From assembly GCA_965263355.1 (NCBI GenBank), contig CBDHHL010000032.1:960001-1024000 (forward strand): a stretch of DNA of 64,000 nucleotides, given 5' to 3'. Source of the DNA: Leptolyngbyaceae cyanobacterium (GTDB taxonomy: Bacteria > Cyanobacteriota > Cyanobacteriia > Phormidesmidales > Phormidesmidaceae). Of this stretch, positions 60,243 through 64,000 are shown piece by piece. Under the pieces are notes generated by a model. That model did not search any database. It was not told where the DNA came from and saw only the letters and a list, made by a program, of their open reading frames with translations. Within the stretch, counting starts at the first letter, position 1. Each line of letters starts with the position of its first letter. The position numbers and the translations under genes are program-made.

Positions 60243-60995
60243 TTATGCTTCAGTGATGCTAACGATCTTGGCACCAGAACGTTGCATGTTCTGAATCCGG
60301 TTAGAAAGCTGGTTAAACCCAACTTCTACACTATAGTTACTCTTGGTAACCCGGCTGCCAAAGTTAGCTTTAGTTGCCACAATACGGAAACGCTTGCCAG
60401 TATTGTTGTAGGCACCAGAACCGGTAGCCGGTGACTTGATTTTAGTCCCTAAGTTACCGGCTACATCTCCAATCAATTTGGCAGATTTTCCAGTGTCATT
60501 AGCCGCATACCCCCGATCTAACGCAAACAAGCGGTTAAAGGCAACATTCTTAACACCAGTTTGGCTAACACCACAGGCATAGGGAACTACGTTCTCACCA
60601 AATGTAGACAGATACTCATCACTGCTCAGGTAAGAATCAATGTCCGCATCGTAGCCAGAGGCGTTGTAGGTCTGAACATGCTCAGAAATTTCTGATTGAT
60701 CCTGGGGAGCACGGCCTAACAAATGCTTAAAGTTCAGCTCAACAAAACGGTAGGGAGAGGAATTTTCAAAGAAGCGCGCCTTATAAAGGCCTGAGGTAGC
60801 CACGGCCCGCACAAAACCACGTACGGTAATTTCACCATTCTTGAGCTTGGATTCTGCACTCGCTAAACGCTGACTCTCTAGCAGATGAGCATTCCCCAAA
60901 ACCTGCTTATAAACTGCACGAATAACCACCTGAATATCTTCCTCAGTGGCGTTGGGACGCAGCTCAACCGCTTCATTATTAACCCACAGTGACAT
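60243..60995 (-). CDS. cpeE: Phycoerythrin-associated rod linker, CpeE-like (second paralogue)
   Basis: MSLWV..VELRPNATEED; linker domain plus CpcD-like C-terminus (GAKIVSIT); AGGAG RBS. Confidence 0.8.
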   Translation of the reverse strand: MSLWVNNEAVELRPNATEEDIQVVIRAVYKQVLGNAHLLESQRLASAESKLKNGEITVRGFVRAVATSGLYKARFFENSSPYRFVELNFKHLLGRAPQDQSEISEHVQTYNASGYDADIDSYLSSDEYLSTFGENVVPYACGVSQTGVKNVAFNRLFALDRGYAANDTGKSAKLIGDVAGNLGTKIKSPATGSGAYNNTGKRFRIVATKANFGSRVTKSNYSVEVGFNQLSNRIQNMQRSGAKIVSITEA

Positions 60996-61116
60996 AACCG
61001 TTTCTCCTAAAAAATAGTGATGATTAAACAACCCGTAACCTGAATAGCTACAGCATTTTGCAAAACACACCGCCAGCAGAGAACCGTTTCTTTGCCGGTG
61101 GTGACAGTCTTTAAAC

Positions 61117-61878
61117 CTAGTTGGTTTCAGTGACGCTCAGAATTTTGCCACCTGTCTTCAGAATGTTCTGAAGACGCTGGGACATCTGACTGTAGGAAAC
61201 AACATATTCTTGCTGACTAACACGTCCCAACGCAGCGGCAGCTGTAGATGTGCTAACTTTAATGCGAAATCGCTTATTGGTACTACTACGCCCTGTACCG
61301 GCTTGAGGAGCCGAAATTTTAGTCGCCAAGTTGCCACCGATATCACTAATTAGCTTAGCTTGGTTACTGCTGTCGCTAGTGGCATCTCCCCTTACAAGGG
61401 CAAAGGTACGGTTAAAGCCAACATTCTTAATGCCGGTCTGAGTCTGGTTACCACGGACAGAGGGAACAGAATTCTCGCCAAAGTTAGCGATGTACTCATC
61501 ACTGTCGATGTAAGAGTTAATCTCAGCTGTATAGCCGTGCTCATTGTAGAGAGCCACATGCTCAGCAATTTCTGCCTGATCTTGGGGCGCACGACCTAAC
61601 AGGTGCTTAAAATTTAGCTCGATAAAGCGGTAAGCCGAAGAATTCTCAAAAAAGAGGGAGCGATACAGCTCTGACTGGGCTACTGCCCGGACGAATCCTC
61701 TAACTGTGATATCGCCATCACGCAGTAAGGACTCAGCACTCGTTAAACGCTGACTCTCCATTACATGCTGGTTACCTAAAACTTGCTTATATACAGCACG
61801 AATAACCGTTTGCAGGTCATCCTCGGTTGCATTAGGGCAAAGTTCAACGGGCACAGCATTGGTCACCCAAAGTGCCAT
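61117..61878 (-). CDS. cpeE: Phycoerythrin-associated rod linker, CpeE-like
   Basis: [18 protein letters not shown]; linker domain plus GGKILSVT. Confidence 0.8.
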   Translation of the reverse strand: MALWVTNAVPVELCPNATEDDLQTVIRAVYKQVLGNQHVMESQRLTSAESLLRDGDITVRGFVRAVAQSELYRSLFFENSSAYRFIELNFKHLLGRAPQDQAEIAEHVALYNEHGYTAEINSYIDSDEYIANFGENSVPSVRGNQTQTGIKNVGFNRTFALVRGDATSDSSNQAKLISDIGGNLATKISAPQAGTGRSSTNKRFRIKVSTSTAAAALGRVSQQEYVVSYSQMSQRLQNILKTGGKILSVTETN

Positions 61879-62358
61879 GGAACAATCCTCCGAAAAATTA
61901 ATTTGAGTTTGCTAAAGGGCATACCGCCATGGCTAATGTAGCGGGCAAGGCTCATCAGATAGCGGATAGCGGGTCAACTATAATTTGCGAATTATCAGGA
62001 TTAGAGCCTTAGACCAATTGTCATCTTTGGGAAATACTCAATCCAAATTCAACGGTTTAAACAGCCTTAAAGCCACTAAAATCGACATTCGGCAATAGGA
62101 CCTTATTTAAGACAGATATCGGATTTTGAGGACCAAATGAGAACAACTTTTTTTTTCTTAATGTTTTTAGAAACATTTCTTCATCAGATAGTAATAAGCA
62201 TAACAAATCGCAAGTAGATATGACGCTATGAGATCGCACCACACAACAGCCTTTAATCAAAAATCTCGCAAAAACAACAAATATACATAGACACCAAGAT
62301 AGGATCGCAAAACAATATTTTTGCGATTTAATATCCATACTTCATAACTTTAAAGTCA

Positions 62359-62403
62359 AATAGGAAACCTCCCCTAGCTCTCACCTAGAGGAGGTTTCCT
62401 ATT
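62359..62403 (-). terminator. Strong hairpin immediately after cpeD
   Basis: AATAGGAAACCTCC..CTAG-loop-CTAG..GGAGGTTTCCTATT. Confidence 0.8.
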
Positions 62404-62415
62404 CACCTAGGAGCA

Positions 62416-63156
62416 TTAAACAATCTCGGTAATGCTCACAATCTTAGCGCCAGTGCGGTGAATACGCTGAATTTGAGGCGTCATCTTATCAGCAGAAACA
62501 ATGTACTCATTCATGCTGACACGGCGGGGAGCATCAAACTTAGCGGCTGTTGTCTTAATCTTAAACCGCTTAGTTGTTCCAGAGTTTAAGTTAGTTGCCG
62601 CAGCCTTAATCTTGTTGCCCTTCTCATTACCAGCCACCTGAGCCACCAGCTGAGCAGACTTAACAGCACTACTTACCTGAGCAGGACCGCGATCAATCGC
62701 AAAGATACGGTTGTAGCTCACCTGGGACTGGCCCACCTGAGTCAGATTCGCATTGTAGAACGGAACCACGTTCTCACCAAACAGAGCCTGATACTCATCA
62801 CTATCGATGTAGGAATCGATTTCAGCATCGTAGCCTTCTTCAACACAACGGCGGATATGCTCAGAAAGCTCAGCCTGACTCTCAGGAGCACGCCCCAAAA
62901 AGTGCATAAAATTCAGCTCCACAAAGCGATAGGGAGCACACTTCTCAAAATAACGGCTACGGTAAAAATCAGACTTACCCACAGCACGAACAAAGTCACG
63001 CACAGAAATAGACCCATCACATAACTGAGATTCAGCCGTGACTAGGCGCTCACTGTCCATTACGTGAGGATTACCTAAAACGTGGCGATAAACAGCATTA
63101 ATTATAGATTGCTTTTCTTCGCTACTGCTGTTGGACCATAACTCAAACGTTGTCAT
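62416..63156 (-). CDS. cpeD: Phycoerythrin-associated rod linker CpeD
   Basis: LGNPHVMDSERL..YFEKCAPYRFVELNF..KMTPQIQRIHRTGAKIVSITE. Confidence 0.88.
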   Translation of the reverse strand: MTTFELWSNSSSEEKQSIINAVYRHVLGNPHVMDSERLVTAESQLCDGSISVRDFVRAVGKSDFYRSRYFEKCAPYRFVELNFMHFLGRAPESQAELSEHIRRCVEEGYDAEIDSYIDSDEYQALFGENVVPFYNANLTQVGQSQVSYNRIFAIDRGPAQVSSAVKSAQLVAQVAGNEKGNKIKAAATNLNSGTTKRFKIKTTAAKFDAPRRVSMNEYIVSADKMTPQIQRIHRTGAKIVSITEIV

Positions 63157-63255
63157 TAGAGTTCTCCTACTGGTGATTATTAAAAAAGTCTCAACAATAC
63201 CTACTAGAAAATAGCTAGAGCTATAAATGCTCTAGCCATTCTTGTAAGACATACC

Positions 63256-64000
63256 TTAGGAAACACGAGTGATGCTAGCAATCACACCGCCCTGCTTGTG
63301 AATACGCTTGTATTCATCAGACAATTTGTCAAAGGGAACCATATATACCTTGTTGGCGCGACGGAATTTAGACACGCGATTAAAGGCATTGGAGCGATAG
63401 CTAGTAACCTCGACCCGATAAACCTTCCCGTTAGCACTAGCACCCACACCATGGCGAGTACGAGACGAATCAGCAGGCGTCTGAAATGTTCCGCCAGCAG
63501 ACATGGGAGACAAAACAGGCCCTGGTATCGCGTTGATTACCATCGAGTTCAAACGAGGCTTCTTGCCGTTAACACTGCCCTTCAGAGAACTACTGGAAGC
63601 ACCGCGCACTAATTCGAAGGTATGGGTAAAGCCAACCATATTGCTAGCTTCGGTCTTATAGCCACGAATGTAGGGGACAAAATCCTGCCCAAAGACATCC
63701 TGATACTCATCGCTATCAATGTAGGAATCGATATCTGCCTCAAAGCCTTCTGTATCCAGAATGGCGCTATGGGCTTTCATCTCCTCAAAACTATTGGGAG
63801 CCCTGCCCAACAGGTGGCGAAAATTAAGCTCGATATTGCGATAACGAGGGCAGCTCTCAAAAAAGCGTGCACGGTACATATCAGACTTCGCTACGGCACG
63901 GACAAAATCCCGTACGGTGAGTTCACCAAGTTTAAACTGGGACTCGGGGACAGCGAGGCGCTCGCTCTCCATCACATATGCGTTACCCAAAACCTGTCTG
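63256..64000 (-). CDS. cpeC: Phycoerythrin-associated rod linker CpeC (5' truncated by the window edge)
   Basis: QVLGNAYVMESERL..VPYIRGYKTE..GKVYRVEVT..RVSKFRRAN..RIHKQGGVIASIT. Confidence 0.9.
   Translation of the reverse strand, partial: RQVLGNAYVMESERLAVPESQFKLGELTVRDFVRAVAKSDMYRARFFESCPRYRNIELNFRHLLGRAPNSFEEMKAHSAILDTEGFEADIDSYIDSDEYQDVFGQDFVPYIRGYKTEASNMVGFTHTFELVRGASSSSLKGSVNGKKPRLNSMVINAIPGPVLSPMSAGGTFQTPADSSRTRHGVGASANGKVYRVEVTSYRSNAFNRVSKFRRANKVYMVPFDKLSDEYKRIHKQGGVIASITRVS

Noticed and set aside
62057..62338. 93-aa ORF between cpeD and cpeE
   Set aside because: Low-complexity, AT-rich, Cys/Phe-rich translation, no RBS or family features; probably non-coding

Overview
Chromosomal window from a phycoerythrin-containing cyanobacterium. 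The HIP1 octamer GCGATCGC occurs roughly two dozen times by eye; a Leptolyngbya-like filamentous strain is a guess. Left to right: (1) a glutamine (glnA-motif) riboswitch with an overlapping NtcA box in front of a gene truncated by the window edge; (2) a pirin/LysR pair and a divergent fatty-acid-hydroxylase/GH3 pair; (3) a 16-kb co-oriented envelope cluster: two TpsA filamentous haemagglutinin-like paralogues, an exported TPR-CHAT caspase-like protease, an exported DUF928 protein with five tandem 'FxPPxDNxAP...GASR' repeats, a CHASE2 hybrid kinase, a REC-kinase and TpsB. This is the best candidate for a poorly characterised system, possibly a proteolytic trans-envelope signalling cascade; (4) NitT/TauT ABC genes plus cytosine deaminase, NblB-like, Nif11-like, GH57, two peptidoglycan-binding proteins, KirBac, a PatA-like pseudo-receiver, ppk1, a TM-helix/MscS-like gene, gyrA, HDAC and glgP; (5) a Ppx/GppA remnant and an orphan protein with pentein (agmatine/arginine deiminase-like) catalytic motifs; (6) a large phycoerythrin cluster (cpeC-D-E-E'-S-T-R-B-A-Y-Z, cpeF, a second almost identical cpeBA, cpcL and a double-domain linker). 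No rRNA, tRNA, CRISPR array or intact transposase was recognised. All calls come from motif recognition by eye; no searches were run.
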